From positions 32,001 to 96,000 of IMG/VR virus record IMGVR_UViG_3300031813_000005: a DNA stretch of 64,000 bases, one strand, 5' to 3'. The stretch comes from a virus (lineage: Duplodnaviria > Caudoviricetes). The position numbers and the translations under genes are program-made. Within the stretch, counting starts at the first letter, position 1. Every line of letters begins with the position of its first letter. Below are positions 39,685 to 48,891 of the stretch, piece by piece. The notes below the pieces were generated by a model. It did not search any database. It was not told the DNA's origin and saw only the letters and a list, made by a program, of their open reading frames with translations.

Positions 39685-40188
39685 ATGCTAACACAAACTA
39701 CTCCAGCCACAACACCAACACAGCCTGTTCAACCACAACAAGCTCCGGGGCAACTACCGCAACCACAAACACCACCTGTACAGCCTATTAAACAGCCACA
39801 ACAAGTAGAGCAGCCTAAACAAGAAGCTCCAGAAGTTCAACCAGTAGTAGCAGAAAATATGGTTGATCTACACTTTGGTATGCTTTTATATATTGCGAGT
39901 GCGTTTGCTTATGCTTCAATGTTTAATAAAACGGCTGAAAACATTAAATCAGCACCAGACGGTCACGGCGTATTCATGTTAGAACACGATGTAAATATAC
40001 CAGAGCAAGTTAAAACAGACATAGTTAAAGAAGTTGAAACAGTTAAGGCTGCTAAAGCTGGTATTGATTACAATAATAATAACCTGTTAGCTATACTAAA
40101 AGATAATCCAGAGTTATTAAAAGAAAATCCAACCCTATTAAAAGAAGTTGGCTTAAACGATGAGACAGAAGAACCTGAACAGCCTTAA
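39685..40188 (+). CDS. Hypothetical protein with a Pro/Gln-rich N-terminus
   Basis: Coupled ORF; repeated ELLK/LLKE segments. Confidence 0.65.
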   Translation: MLTQTTPATTPTQPVQPQQAPGQLPQPQTPPVQPIKQPQQVEQPKQEAPEVQPVVAENMVDLHFGMLLYIASAFAYASMFNKTAENIKSAPDGHGVFMLEHDVNIPEQVKTDIVKEVETVKAAKAGIDYNNNNLLAILKDNPELLKENPTLLKEVGLNDETEEPEQP

Positions 40189-40209
40189 GTTCTGGTTCCA
40201 TCGAAAATA

Positions 40210-40220
40210 TCCGATATACT
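40210..40220 (+). promoter_or_regulatory. CCGATATA-class promoter motif
   Basis: TCCGATATACT in the spacer upstream of the nuclease gene. Confidence 0.6.
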
Positions 40221-40254
40221 ACATGAGCCCTTCCCGAAGGTTCATGGGAGACAT

Positions 40255-41649
40255 ATGATTTTAGCCAGCAATACTATTTTAGATAAAATGGGATTAATTA
40301 AAAATACTCTTACAGAGTATCTTTCCCCAGAAAATAAACTTTTGTATTTAAATATATTATATTTTTTATCTATTAAAACTGGAATAGTTCATTTTAATAC
40401 AGACCAAGATTTTAAAAGTTTTTCTAAACTTCTTGATTATTGTAATCAAGCAAATATCTTAATAGAAAAATATATAGTATGCTTTTTTAAATACTGTGAT
40501 AAGTATTTAGTTGGTGGACATAAAGTTAAATTATCTTATTTATTAAACGAAAAGGTAATTTCGTATTGTGGAAATAACATTAAAAATGCTTTAATAGATT
40601 ATACATTATTAGAAACTATAAAAAATGATATCCTTTATACTGAAAAATCTATAAGAACTTATGCTTTTGAACACGAAATAACTTATAATAAAAGCTTACT
40701 TATAGCTTATACCGCAGGGTCTTTATCAGAAACTTTTCTTTTATATAAATACTATATGAGAGATGAAGCATTTTATGGTGTAGAACTTGGTCAAAACAAA
40801 AAGATTTTATTAACTTGTTTAGAACCTTTTTTTCTATACATAACTTCAAGAAATGGTGTTTTTACAAAAGATTTAATTTCTCAATGGAATAATTCTAAAT
40901 TAGAAGATTTTAATTTTTGTTCTATTTTCTTTAAAGACAGATATCTAACAAGAGATATAGACTTTCCAAGTCTTATGTCAAATGAAGCAAGTACAGCAGG
41001 AACATGTGTTCATAATGCTTTTGAAGAACTTATATCTAAATATAATAAATCTAAAATAAAAGATTTAGACAAATCGTATAAAAGATTTTTACAATCTAAA
41101 ACTTTCTTAAACCTACAAAAAGAATACCCAGAACACGTTCCAGGATTTAAAGAGTTTTTTACACAAACTTTACCAAAGCTTATAAATAAAAATACTGTAA
41201 TATATACAGAAAAATTAATGAAAATGGAATATGGTGAATATACTTTATATGGAACAGCCGATTTAATACTTGTAAATGGTAATGAAGCAATACTTTTAGA
41301 TTATAAAACATCAAAAATTGACGATGCTTATTGGCTTACTAAAAACAATGAGAAGTATACAAAACAATTATCATTATATGCCAAGTTTATAAAAAACACT
41401 ATACCAGGAGTTTCTGAAGTAAACGATGCCTATATTATTTATACAAGAGGTTTAGTACATAAAATAGAAGAACTGTCTGATAACATTTTAGATGACGTTT
41501 TAAGCAAGATATTAAAAATTAAACAACACATAAAAATGAAAAGCTTTCCAGCTAACACTAAAAATTGCTTTCTTTGTAGACACCCGTTTTGCGAGTTTAG
41601 AAGTAAACCATCAATCTGGGATAGCGAAGGTAAGAGAATAATCAAGTAA
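40255..41649 (+). CDS. PD-(D/E)XK Cas4/RecB-like exonuclease with an N-terminal extension
   Basis: GTCVH, GTADL, LDYKT, QLSLYA motifs; one upstream Cys plus CxxCxxxxC, a possible Fe-S staple. Confidence 0.8.
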   Translation: MILASNTILDKMGLIKNTLTEYLSPENKLLYLNILYFLSIKTGIVHFNTDQDFKSFSKLLDYCNQANILIEKYIVCFFKYCDKYLVGGHKVKLSYLLNEKVISYCGNNIKNALIDYTLLETIKNDILYTEKSIRTYAFEHEITYNKSLLIAYTAGSLSETFLLYKYYMRDEAFYGVELGQNKKILLTCLEPFFLYITSRNGVFTKDLISQWNNSKLEDFNFCSIFFKDRYLTRDIDFPSLMSNEASTAGTCVHNAFEELISKYNKSKIKDLDKSYKRFLQSKTFLNLQKEYPEHVPGFKEFFTQTLPKLINKNTVIYTEKLMKMEYGEYTLYGTADLILVNGNEAILLDYKTSKIDDAYWLTKNNEKYTKQLSLYAKFIKNTIPGVSEVNDAYIIYTRGLVHKIEELSDNILDDVLSKILKIKQHIKMKSFPANTKNCFLCRHPFCEFRSKPSIWDSEGKRIIK

Positions 41650-41683
41650 TTAACTTTGTAGACTATATTTTAGGTGATAACAA

Positions 41684-42262
41684 ATGTCCTTATACACACC
41701 ACCCTCTCTAATTAGGAAACTAATTCTTGAAGCAGAAGATTTAACCCTTAATCCAGATACAAACGCTCAAAAAACAGAGCAGTTTACAGATGCTGCCTCC
41801 CCAACAGATGTTATGTCTGATATGTCTGCTGCCCAGCCAGCAGAAGCTGTTCCTGGATTACAAGGCTCGGCATTAACTATGCCAAATGTAGCGCAACCTG
41901 CTACTACTGTTAGTAAAACAGTTATTAATAGAGATATAATTTTATCCCAACTTGCTGAATTAAAGAGTGTTATTACTAATTACGAAAAGAAGTTTGATGG
42001 TGATGATTTAACACCAGAAGACGCAAATGTTTATATTAGTTCTTTATTAAGCACTCTTGTATTCCACGCAGAAAGATTTAATACTTTTATGGAAACGGAA
42101 GGTGCTAAATCCGCACCAGCTGAACCAGCCGTTCCTACAGAAGCTCCTTTACCGGCCTCTGAAGCTGCTCCAGAAGCTTTAAATGAGCCATTACCAGAAC
42201 CGCCAGCAGCCGCTCCTGTCGGAGAAGCTCCATTAGAAAACATCGAAACACCACAGGTATAA
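41684..42262 (+). CDS. Acidic Pro/Ala-rich protein, putative internal head protein
   Basis: Late motif 41648-41655; N-terminal LILE/A site. Confidence 0.55.
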   Translation: MSLYTPPSLIRKLILEAEDLTLNPDTNAQKTEQFTDAASPTDVMSDMSAAQPAEAVPGLQGSALTMPNVAQPATTVSKTVINRDIILSQLAELKSVITNYEKKFDGDDLTPEDANVYISSLLSTLVFHAERFNTFMETEGAKSAPAEPAVPTEAPLPASEAAPEALNEPLPEPPAAAPVGEAPLENIETPQV

Positions 42263-42265
42263 TAA

Positions 42266-42565
42266 ATGGCATCAATTTTGACGAAGTTTGGAATAGGCGA
42301 TACCGCATATACCTTTGATTACCAAACAGGTAAAATTACAAGGTTTATTATAAAAGCTATTTCTATTAATACAAGTACTTTTAATACAGAGATTTTTTAT
42401 GAAGTAACTTTAAGTTCTAATACTACTTATCAATCTGCTGTTATTAGTAAAAATGTTCAAAATGCTGCTGAACAAGATTTATATACGGAAGACGAAGTAA
42501 AAGATTTAGCTAATTCTTGGTTAATAGATAAATCCGTTAGTATATTTACGAATGCTGGATTATAA
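42266..42565 (+). CDS. Hypothetical protein (TKFxxGD domain)
   Basis: Similar to the N-terminal domain of the next gene. Confidence 0.65.
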   Translation: MASILTKFGIGDTAYTFDYQTGKITRFIIKAISINTSTFNTEIFYEVTLSSNTTYQSAVISKNVQNAAEQDLYTEDEVKDLANSWLIDKSVSIFTNAGL

Positions 42566-42567
42566 TT

Positions 42568-43119
42568 ATGGCTTCACAAACAATAACTACTAAATACAAT
42601 TTAGGTGATATAGTTTATTATGTTATACATCCTACAGCAGATATTGTTCAATGTACAGTTTTATATGTAAGAATTATACCAACACCAAACGGACCTGATA
42701 TAACATATAGATTACAAATAATATATCCAACAAACTACCAAAAAGTTATAGATTACGTTCAAGAGAGTGAATTAGATACATTTGCTAACTCTCAAACGTC
42801 TTTATTAGCTTGGTTAGCAAGTCAAACAGCAAAAGTTACTGCGCTTACAGAACCAAGTATACCAAGCGGATTTCCTATAGATGGTGCTACAGGACCAACA
42901 GGAGCTACTGGTATTACAGGACAAACTGGTAATACTGGTGCCACAGGTATAGGTGGTAATATTGGCAATACAGGATATACAGGATATACAGGCGGTCCCG
43001 GACAAGGCGGATGGCCTGGATATTTTGGAACAAATGGTGGTCGTAAAGGACCAACGGGTCCAACAGGAAATACTGGAGCAACTGGAGCTACAGGACCAAC
43101 AGGAGTGACAGGTGGTTAA
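42568..43119 (+). CDS. Collagen-like (G-X-T repeat) protein
   Basis: [22 protein letters not shown] ... [19 protein letters not shown]. Confidence 0.8.
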   Translation: MASQTITTKYNLGDIVYYVIHPTADIVQCTVLYVRIIPTPNGPDITYRLQIIYPTNYQKVIDYVQESELDTFANSQTSLLAWLASQTAKVTALTEPSIPSGFPIDGATGPTGATGITGQTGNTGATGIGGNIGNTGYTGYTGGPGQGGWPGYFGTNGGRKGPTGPTGNTGATGATGPTGVTGG

Positions 43120-43687
43120 TAAAATAAAAAGTTTGTTTGAAGAAGCTCAAGATATTATGTCGCAACAAGTAGCACCACAACAGCCAAGCGGCCAACCTCC
43201 TACAGCACCTCAAGAAGGCAGTGGGTTTAAAAGTCCTTATACTATTTCAAATCAAGAAGCTCTTTCAAAAGAACTCTCTAATATAAATAAAAATACAGAG
43301 TTAATATCAGATAAGATAATCGAAACTTATAAAAAGAATGAGTTTAGCTTAAAAATAGGTATGGCATCAGAACCAAATTTTGATAGGTTTGTAGTCTTAT
43401 TACAAAGTACTTTTTCTTTAAATGATATTTTAACAGATGCTCCAGAGATACAAAAAAAGTTAGCCGAGCTTGTTAGTTTAGCATATTCTTATGCTTTTAG
43501 AGAGTCGGATAAGAGGTTTAGAGTTTATTCTAATAGTGATACAGCTCAACAGGTAACATCCGCTATATTTTCTAACTTAATCTCTTCCTTAAAAATGACA
43601 TTTCTAACTTATGACACAGAGTTTTCTGGCCTTTTAAAGAAAGCAATATTCTCTGTAGTTCATTATACAAAACAGAAGAAACAATAA
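43112..43687 (+). CDS. Hypothetical protein, putative internal head protein
   Basis: Coupled ORF; N-terminal LFE/E site followed by a Pro/Gln linker. Confidence 0.55.
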   Translation: MVNKIKSLFEEAQDIMSQQVAPQQPSGQPPTAPQEGSGFKSPYTISNQEALSKELSNINKNTELISDKIIETYKKNEFSLKIGMASEPNFDRFVVLLQSTFSLNDILTDAPEIQKKLAELVSLAYSYAFRESDKRFRVYSNSDTAQQVTSAIFSNLISSLKMTFLTYDTEFSGLLKKAIFSVVHYTKQKKQ

Positions 43688-43714
43688 AAAATATCTTCTA
43701 TTATTAATAAAAAA

Positions 43715-43725
43715 TCCGATATACT
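43715..43725 (+). promoter_or_regulatory. CCGATATA-class promoter motif
   Basis: TCCGATATACT, then GGAG SD and ATG 43745. Confidence 0.6.
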
Positions 43726-43744
43726 TTTTGGAGAATAATTTATT

Positions 43745-43969
43745 ATGGAACCAGTTAAAACAACTATAGACTTTACTGATGACGAGCTAAAGCTATTAAA
43801 TGACGTTTTTAGAGGAACAAAGGTAACGTATAGCAACGAAGAAATGTTATTAATTGCTATGGGTAAGGCAAAGAGCCCTATGTTAGACTTAACTCATCGT
43901 ATTGCCTCTATTTTCGAACAACGTGTGAAACAGTCTCAAGAAGCCACTGTTCAAAAGCCTGTTGAATAA
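43745..43969 (+). CDS. Small hypothetical protein
   Basis: GGAG SD and its own promoter motif. Confidence 0.7.
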   Translation: MEPVKTTIDFTDDELKLLNDVFRGTKVTYSNEEMLLIAMGKAKSPMLDLTHRIASIFEQRVKQSQEATVQKPVE

Positions 43970-44003
43970 AATCAGAATTAAGCTATTATCAGGAGATAAA
44001 TAA

Positions 44004-44219
44004 ATGTCTGAATCAAGAAAGGTGCCGCAAGGCCCACAACGTCCAAAGGATATCCACTCTGGTAGTCCTTCTCAAAGTAAGGAAAGATCAGTACCAACCG
44101 GTCCATGCAGACCAACTCCTCCAGCTACGCCAGCCCAGGCTGCTAAAACCTCTGCTAAAGGGGATAAGGCTGCTGCCAAGATTCCTTCTCCTACGACAAT
44201 TAAGCCAGTAGGCAAGTAA
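44004..44219 (+). CDS. Small basic Pro/Lys-rich disordered protein
   Basis: AGGAG SD, variant late motif AATTAAGC at 43976, downstream terminator. Confidence 0.7.
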   Translation: MSESRKVPQGPQRPKDIHSGSPSQSKERSVPTGPCRPTPPATPAQAAKTSAKGDKAAAKIPSPTTIKPVGK

Positions 44220-44246
44220 TTTAAAATAAGTAAAAAATTACGATTT

Positions 44247-44278
44247 ATAGCCCAGACAAAATCTGGGCTATTTGTTTG
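44247..44278 (+). terminator. Intrinsic terminator
   Basis: ATAGCCCAGA-CAAAA-TCTGGGCTAT followed by a T-rich tail. Confidence 0.8.
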
Positions 44279-44311
44279 TCCAAAAAGCTGTTTCGCCTTG
44301 CCCAGCCTGAT

Positions 44312-44351
44312 TCCGATATATATTTACGCGAAAGGTTTGCCTGAATTAAGT
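44312..44351 (+). promoter_or_regulatory. Tandem CCGATATA-class and AATTAAGT-class motifs upstream of the nrdJ operon
   Basis: TCCGATATA at 44312-44320 and AATTAAGT at 44344-44351. Confidence 0.5.
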
Positions 44352-44394
44352 GTTAGAAATTGTAAAACACAGAACGGGCTAAAAACGCACTTTT

Positions 44395-44877
44395 ATGCTA
44401 AATACAATAGAATTAGAATTAAAAGAAAAATCGTTGAGAACCTTGTGTCAAACAAACAAGTTTTTTGCTAAAGGTGTGTTAAAAACCTTATGTTCTACAG
44501 ATTTTTGTCTTTTTAGACCAGAGAAAGCTAATAATTATTCAAGGATTGGATTTTTATTTCCATTAGATACTAACGAAGAGTTTTTAGAGTGTATTTTAGA
44601 TTGCGTTGAGACTTTAGGCGAAGAACCAGCAACACTTTTAGTTTTTAATGAAGTAGAAAAGACCACCGGGTATTCTTTGCTTATTAAAAATACTCTAATA
44701 ATAGAACAACTATTATTTTCTTCTATTTTAGACTCTGCTTGGGGAAAAGCTGGGTCTGTGTTTGTAGATTTTAATAAAGACAAAAAAGAAAATAAAAGAT
44801 TTACTACAATCAATAGCTTTTTATTTAAAAGACATCCATTTGAGGCTGTCGAAAAATATAATTATTTACTTTTATAA
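44395..44877 (+). CDS. Hypothetical protein
   Basis: ORF directly upstream of nrdJ. Confidence 0.65.
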   Translation: MLNTIELELKEKSLRTLCQTNKFFAKGVLKTLCSTDFCLFRPEKANNYSRIGFLFPLDTNEEFLECILDCVETLGEEPATLLVFNEVEKTTGYSLLIKNTLIIEQLLFSSILDSAWGKAGSVFVDFNKDKKENKRFTTINSFLFKRHPFEAVEKYNYLLL

Positions 44878-44885
44878 GGAATACT

Positions 44886-47489
44886 ATGTCATTATCTGAA
44901 CAAGCACTTTTATTTTTAACTTCAATAGGTTCTACAGAAGAATCCGCAACAGCAAGCCAACTATCCGATGCTATAGCGTATTCTAAATGTTATGACTGGT
45001 ATATTAAAGAACAAAAAGTTTTACCGGATAACGCAGCTTTAGCTTCTAAAGTTTGGGTTCAAAAGTATTGTTTACATTCAAGTGATGGTATAGCATTAGA
45101 AGAAACACCAGAAAATATGTGGGATCGTATTGCCGAAGTATTAGCAGAAGTAGAAGTTCAAACAGCCAAGGAAGGTACTAAAACACAAGAAGAATGGAAG
45201 AAGACTTTTAAAAATGGTCTAACAAACTTTGCCTATTCTCCACAAGGGTCTGGACTATATTCACTTGGAAATCCTTATGTTAGAGCATCAAGCAGTAATT
45301 GTTTCGTGCTACCTCCACCGGAAGATAGCTTGGATGGTATCTTTGAAACAGCTAAAAATACAGCAAAAATTTATGCCGCCAGGGGTGGTGTTGGATTTTC
45401 TCTATCAAAGTTGCGCCCCAAAAAAGCTAAAACAGCTAATGCCGCAAAAACTTCTACCGGTGCTGTTTCTTTCATGGATTTTTATTCTCATATCACCGGG
45501 ATGATTGGACAAGAGGGAAGGCGTGGGGCAGAGATGCTTTCAATCAATGTAAACCACCCAGATATTTTTAATTTTATAAAAGAAAAGAGAGATGAAGATA
45601 AGCAACCGTTCTTTAATGAACTTTTTGAAGCTGGTATTGATATTAATGACTATCGTTATTCCGCGATTGCTGATAGACTAAAATCTACTTCTCACGCTAA
45701 TGTGTCTGTAATGATTAATGACCATTTCATGGAGTGTGTTAAAAACAACCTTGAATATGAATTGAGATTTGATTTTGAAAATAATTTATACCCAGCTATA
45801 ACAAAGACTGTAAAAGCTACGGATATTTGGGATAACCTAATGAAATCTGCTTGGGAAAGCGCAGAACCGGGTATTCTTAACTGGGACCACATTATTCGTG
45901 AATGCCCTGCTGACCAATATAGTGAAGAAAAAGAGTATAGGTGGTTAGACCCAATTGATAACACAAACAAACTATCAAAGTATTCCTTCCGTACAGTTGG
46001 TGTAAACCCTTGTGCCGAAGAAACTTTAAGTGCTTACGATAGTTGTAATCTTGGCATTTTCAACCTTCCTATCTTTGTGAAAAATCCATATACTAAAACG
46101 GCAACTTTTGATTGGGAAAAGTATAGTGAAGTAATTAAATTGGGTGTTCGCGCTCAAGATAACATCAAAGAATGGGATATTCCTCGTCTACCCCTTGAAG
46201 GCAATCGCATGGCTGGTGTTCTGGGCCGCAGAATTTCTGTAGGTAATACTGGCCTTGCTGATTGTTTAGCTGCTTTAGGTCTTCGTTACGATTCTGACGA
46301 AGGGATTGCAATGGCAGAAAAGATTTATGATGTGATGGCAAATGTTGCTTATAAAGCTTCAGCTATGTTAGCATCAGAAAAAGGAGCCTTTCCAGCGTTT
46401 AATCTTGAAAAGACATTATCAAGTCCATTCATTCAAAGACTACATCCTGAAACTCTTAATCTTATTAAGAAGCACGGTCTTCGTAATATCGGATTACTAA
46501 CACAAGCACCTGCTGGGTCTATGAGTATTTTGTTTAGAAACTGTTCTTCTGGTATAGAACCAGTATTCATGCTTAATTATACACGAAACGTCAAAAAGCA
46601 GGGGTCAAAAGACTTTGAACAGCATATAATCAACCATCAAGCAGTAGAAGATTGCTTCCAAGCCGGTGGAGATCCAGCTGTATTCATTCCAGCAGCGTCT
46701 ATTAATTGGGCTAAACGCATTGAATTACAATCAAGAATACAAAAACATATTGACCACAGCATTTCAAGCACTATTAATCTGCCTAATTCTATCACAGTAG
46801 AAGAAGTAAGTAAGATTTATATGGACGCATACGATGCTGGACTTAAAGGTATTACTGTTTATAGAGACGGTTGTAGAACCGGAGTTCTCATTTCCTCCGA
46901 GAAAAAAACAACAACTTATAGACCTGGACAACGAATGGAGCGTCCTAAAACCACTAATGTAGATATCCATAAAACAAAATATAAAGAAAAGAACTACATG
47001 ATATTAGTAGGTAAGGTAGAAAGTGGGCAACCAATTGAGATTTTTGGCGGGTTAGAAGAAGGTTTAAGTCTACCAATTACTTATAAGTCGGCGTCTCTTA
47101 CAAAGAAATCAAGAGGTCATTATAGTTTAACAGTGCAATTGTCTGATGACGAAGAAGATATTATGAAAGTTAATAATATCGGTAATCGGTTTCCAGCACA
47201 AGATATTATGACACTAACCAGAATGATTAGTTTATCTCTTCGTAATGGTATTAGTGTTAGTGATATTGTAGAACAGTTAAATAAAGCAACTACTGCTCTT
47301 TATGACGCTCCTGCTGTATTTGCCAGAGTATTAAAACAGTATATTTCAGATGAAGATTTTATTAATAAAGAAAAAGCAAAAGGTAAAGTTTGTCCAGACT
47401 GCGGAGAACCTCTTGAATACAAAAGAGAATCTGGCTGTTTAGTAGAACTTTGCTCTTCTTGCTCTTACTCCAATAGCAAATGTGGATAA
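44886..47489 (+). CDS. nrdJ: Class II (adenosylcobalamin-dependent) ribonucleotide reductase
   Basis: SNCF, GGVG, RRGA, EPG, NPCAE, CNL, APAGS, SGIEP, KGITVYRDG motifs; C-terminal extra domain with CPDC and CSSC..SKCG; no nrdB nearby. Confidence 0.9.
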   Translation: MSLSEQALLFLTSIGSTEESATASQLSDAIAYSKCYDWYIKEQKVLPDNAALASKVWVQKYCLHSSDGIALEETPENMWDRIAEVLAEVEVQTAKEGTKTQEEWKKTFKNGLTNFAYSPQGSGLYSLGNPYVRASSSNCFVLPPPEDSLDGIFETAKNTAKIYAARGGVGFSLSKLRPKKAKTANAAKTSTGAVSFMDFYSHITGMIGQEGRRGAEMLSINVNHPDIFNFIKEKRDEDKQPFFNELFEAGIDINDYRYSAIADRLKSTSHANVSVMINDHFMECVKNNLEYELRFDFENNLYPAITKTVKATDIWDNLMKSAWESAEPGILNWDHIIRECPADQYSEEKEYRWLDPIDNTNKLSKYSFRTVGVNPCAEETLSAYDSCNLGIFNLPIFVKNPYTKTATFDWEKYSEVIKLGVRAQDNIKEWDIPRLPLEGNRMAGVLGRRISVGNTGLADCLAALGLRYDSDEGIAMAEKIYDVMANVAYKASAMLASEKGAFPAFNLEKTLSSPFIQRLHPETLNLIKKHGLRNIGLLTQAPAGSMSILFRNCSSGIEPVFMLNYTRNVKKQGSKDFEQHIINHQAVEDCFQAGGDPAVFIPAASINWAKRIELQSRIQKHIDHSISSTINLPNSITVEEVSKIYMDAYDAGLKGITVYRDGCRTGVLISSEKKTTTYRPGQRMERPKTTNVDIHKTKYKEKNYMILVGKVESGQPIEIFGGLEEGLSLPITYKSASLTKKSRGHYSLTVQLSDDEEDIMKVNNIGNRFPAQDIMTLTRMISLSLRNGISVSDIVEQLNKATTALYDAPAVFARVLKQYISDEDFINKEKAKGKVCPDCGEPLEYKRESGCLVELCSSCSYSNSKCG

Positions 47490-47492
47490 GAT

Positions 47493-47954
47493 ATGTTAAT
47501 AAAGTTATGTCCAAAATGCAAAAGAGAAAAAGAAATAGCTTTATTTTCTAAAAACAAACATACAAAAACTGGTTTAAGCACTTGGTGTAAAGAATGTAGT
47601 GCAGCTGAAACTGGATCTTGGCGAAATGTTGACGGTAATAAAGAAAGATTAGCACAATGGAGAAAAGACAATATAGAAAAGTGTACAGCCCATGCGAGAA
47701 AAAGTAATTTAAAGATTAAATTTAAAATGTCTATAGAAGACTATAATGCTTTATTAGATAGCCAGAATGGTAAATGTTCTTTGTGTAATAAAACACCCGA
47801 AGAAAATGGAAAAGCTTTAAGCGTTGACCATAATCATAAAACTGGTAAAGTTCGTGGATTACTGTGTGATAACTGTAATAAAGGTATAGGATTTTTAAAA
47901 GAAAATACCGAGATTTTACAAAAGGCTATTAAATATATAGAAAAGGACAAGTAA
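47493..47954 (+). CDS. Endonuclease VII-family (His-Me) nuclease, probably a free-standing homing endonuclease
   Basis: QNGKCSLC ... VDHNHKTGKVRGLLCDNCNKGIG, with N-terminal CPKC/CKEC. Confidence 0.85.
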   Translation: MLIKLCPKCKREKEIALFSKNKHTKTGLSTWCKECSAAETGSWRNVDGNKERLAQWRKDNIEKCTAHARKSNLKIKFKMSIEDYNALLDSQNGKCSLCNKTPEENGKALSVDHNHKTGKVRGLLCDNCNKGIGFLKENTEILQKAIKYIEKDK

Positions 47955-47983
47955 TATGACTATTAAATGGCGCGATATTTAGT

Positions 47984-48012
47984 AAAAAGCCCTCTTATTT
48001 TGAGGGCTTTTT
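47984..48012. terminator. Bidirectional terminator
   Basis: AAAAAGCCCTC-TTATTTT-GAGGGCTTTTT between convergent operons. Confidence 0.8.
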
Positions 48013-48144
48013 CTTGGATTTTCCAGCATAAGACATAGCAATTGCTATAGCTTGTTCTTTTGGTTTTCCGGCATGTATTTCTGTTCTAATGTTTTTAGCA
48101 ATACCTGCTTTTGTTTTAGCTGCTCTTCCTTTTACGGCTGGCAT
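47995..48144 (-). CDS. Small basic protein (49 aa; not in the ORF track)
   Basis: MPAVKGRAAKTKAGIAKNIRTEIHAGKPKEQAIAIAMSYAGKSKKKPSK; AGGAG SD; resembles a common phage NI..E...GKP..QA.AIA family. Confidence 0.75.
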   Translation of the reverse strand: MPAVKGRAAKTKAGIAKNIRTEIHAGKPKEQAIAIAMSYAGKSKKKPSK

Positions 48145-48152
48145 ACATACTC

Positions 48153-48476
48153 CTATTTCTTTTTATCTACAAGAACCGGAAAACCGTTTAAAGTTCCAAC
48201 AGTTCTAAATTGAGAGTGTTTATTAGTAGATTTTGGCGTATTCACAACTGCTTTAACTTGTTGTAAATCTTGTTCATGTGCTTGTGATGTAGCTGCTAAT
48301 CTCAACTGAACAGTTCGTAATTCATCTACTTCTTTTGTCATTTGTGCGAGTTGAGCACCTTGAGTTTTAATATCAGCTTTCATGCTCATCACAAAAACGA
48401 CACCGGTAATTAAACCACCTACTATTGATATAAGCGTAGGAAGATTTAGTGATGTATCAAAGCTGATAGAAGCCAT
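48153..48476 (-). CDS. Single-TM plus coiled-coil membrane protein (holin-like?)
   Basis: LPTLISIVGGLITGVVFVM followed by heptad repeats. Confidence 0.55.
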   Translation of the reverse strand: MASISFDTSLNLPTLISIVGGLITGVVFVMSMKADIKTQGAQLAQMTKEVDELRTVQLRLAATSQAHEQDLQQVKAVVNTPKSTNKHSQFRTVGTLNGFPVLVDKKK

Positions 48477-48626
48477 TTACTTGCCTTTGACCTTCTTTAA
48501 CTTTGGATTTTTAGCCTTTGCTTCTGGAGAAGCATTCCGAGAAGCAGAAGCTAAAATCTTACCAGCAGATTCTTTAGATACATGTTCTTTTTTAGATATT
48601 TTATTTTGAACGCTTTTAAAACTCAT
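48477..48626 (-). CDS. Small basic protein (49 aa; not in the ORF track)
   Basis: MSFKSVQNKISKKEHVSKESAGKILASASRNASPEAKAKNPKLKKVKGK; GAGG SD; fits exactly between its neighbours. Confidence 0.75.
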   Translation of the reverse strand: MSFKSVQNKISKKEHVSKESAGKILASASRNASPEAKAKNPKLKKVKGK

Positions 48627-48627
48627 A

Positions 48628-48891
48628 TTAACCTCTATTCTTCATAGCTTGTATGTAAATATATTTTCTCACATCTTCTGGGAAAGCTTTTAATACATCT
48701 ACCATAACATCCCAACACTCTGTTGGATGTATTTGAGTATCTATAATTCTATTTAATATAATTTTTATTTCATTTACAGCAGGTGTTTTTCTATCTGCTT
48801 CAACAGCACGTTCTTTACCTGACTGTTTCCAATTAGTATCAAGAAGGCTTTCTTCTATTTCAAAGATATCTAAAGGGTTATTTTGGTCCAT
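48628..48891 (-). CDS. Hypothetical protein (N-terminal NPLDIF motif)
   Basis: Start reassigned to ATG 48891 (MDQNNPLDIF). Confidence 0.65.
   Translation of the reverse strand: MDQNNPLDIFEIEESLLDTNWKQSGKERAVEADRKTPAVNEIKIILNRIIDTQIHPTECWDVMVDVLKAFPEDVRKYIYIQAMKNRG

Noticed and set aside
41980-42010. KFDGDD resembling the RNA polymerase DxDGD motif
   Set aside because: The first Asp is missing, and it lies in a 192-aa low-complexity protein with no room for a double-psi barrel.
44281-44394. Cobalamin riboswitch or NrdR box upstream of the nrdJ operon
   Set aside because: The leader is short and neither a B12 box nor an NrdR palindrome is recognisable.
16653-47489. Inteins or introns in terL, uvsX, primase or nrdJ
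   Set aside because: Motif spacing and lengths are normal, with no intein junction or LAGLIDADG blocks; the nrdJ insertions are only about 20-40 aa.
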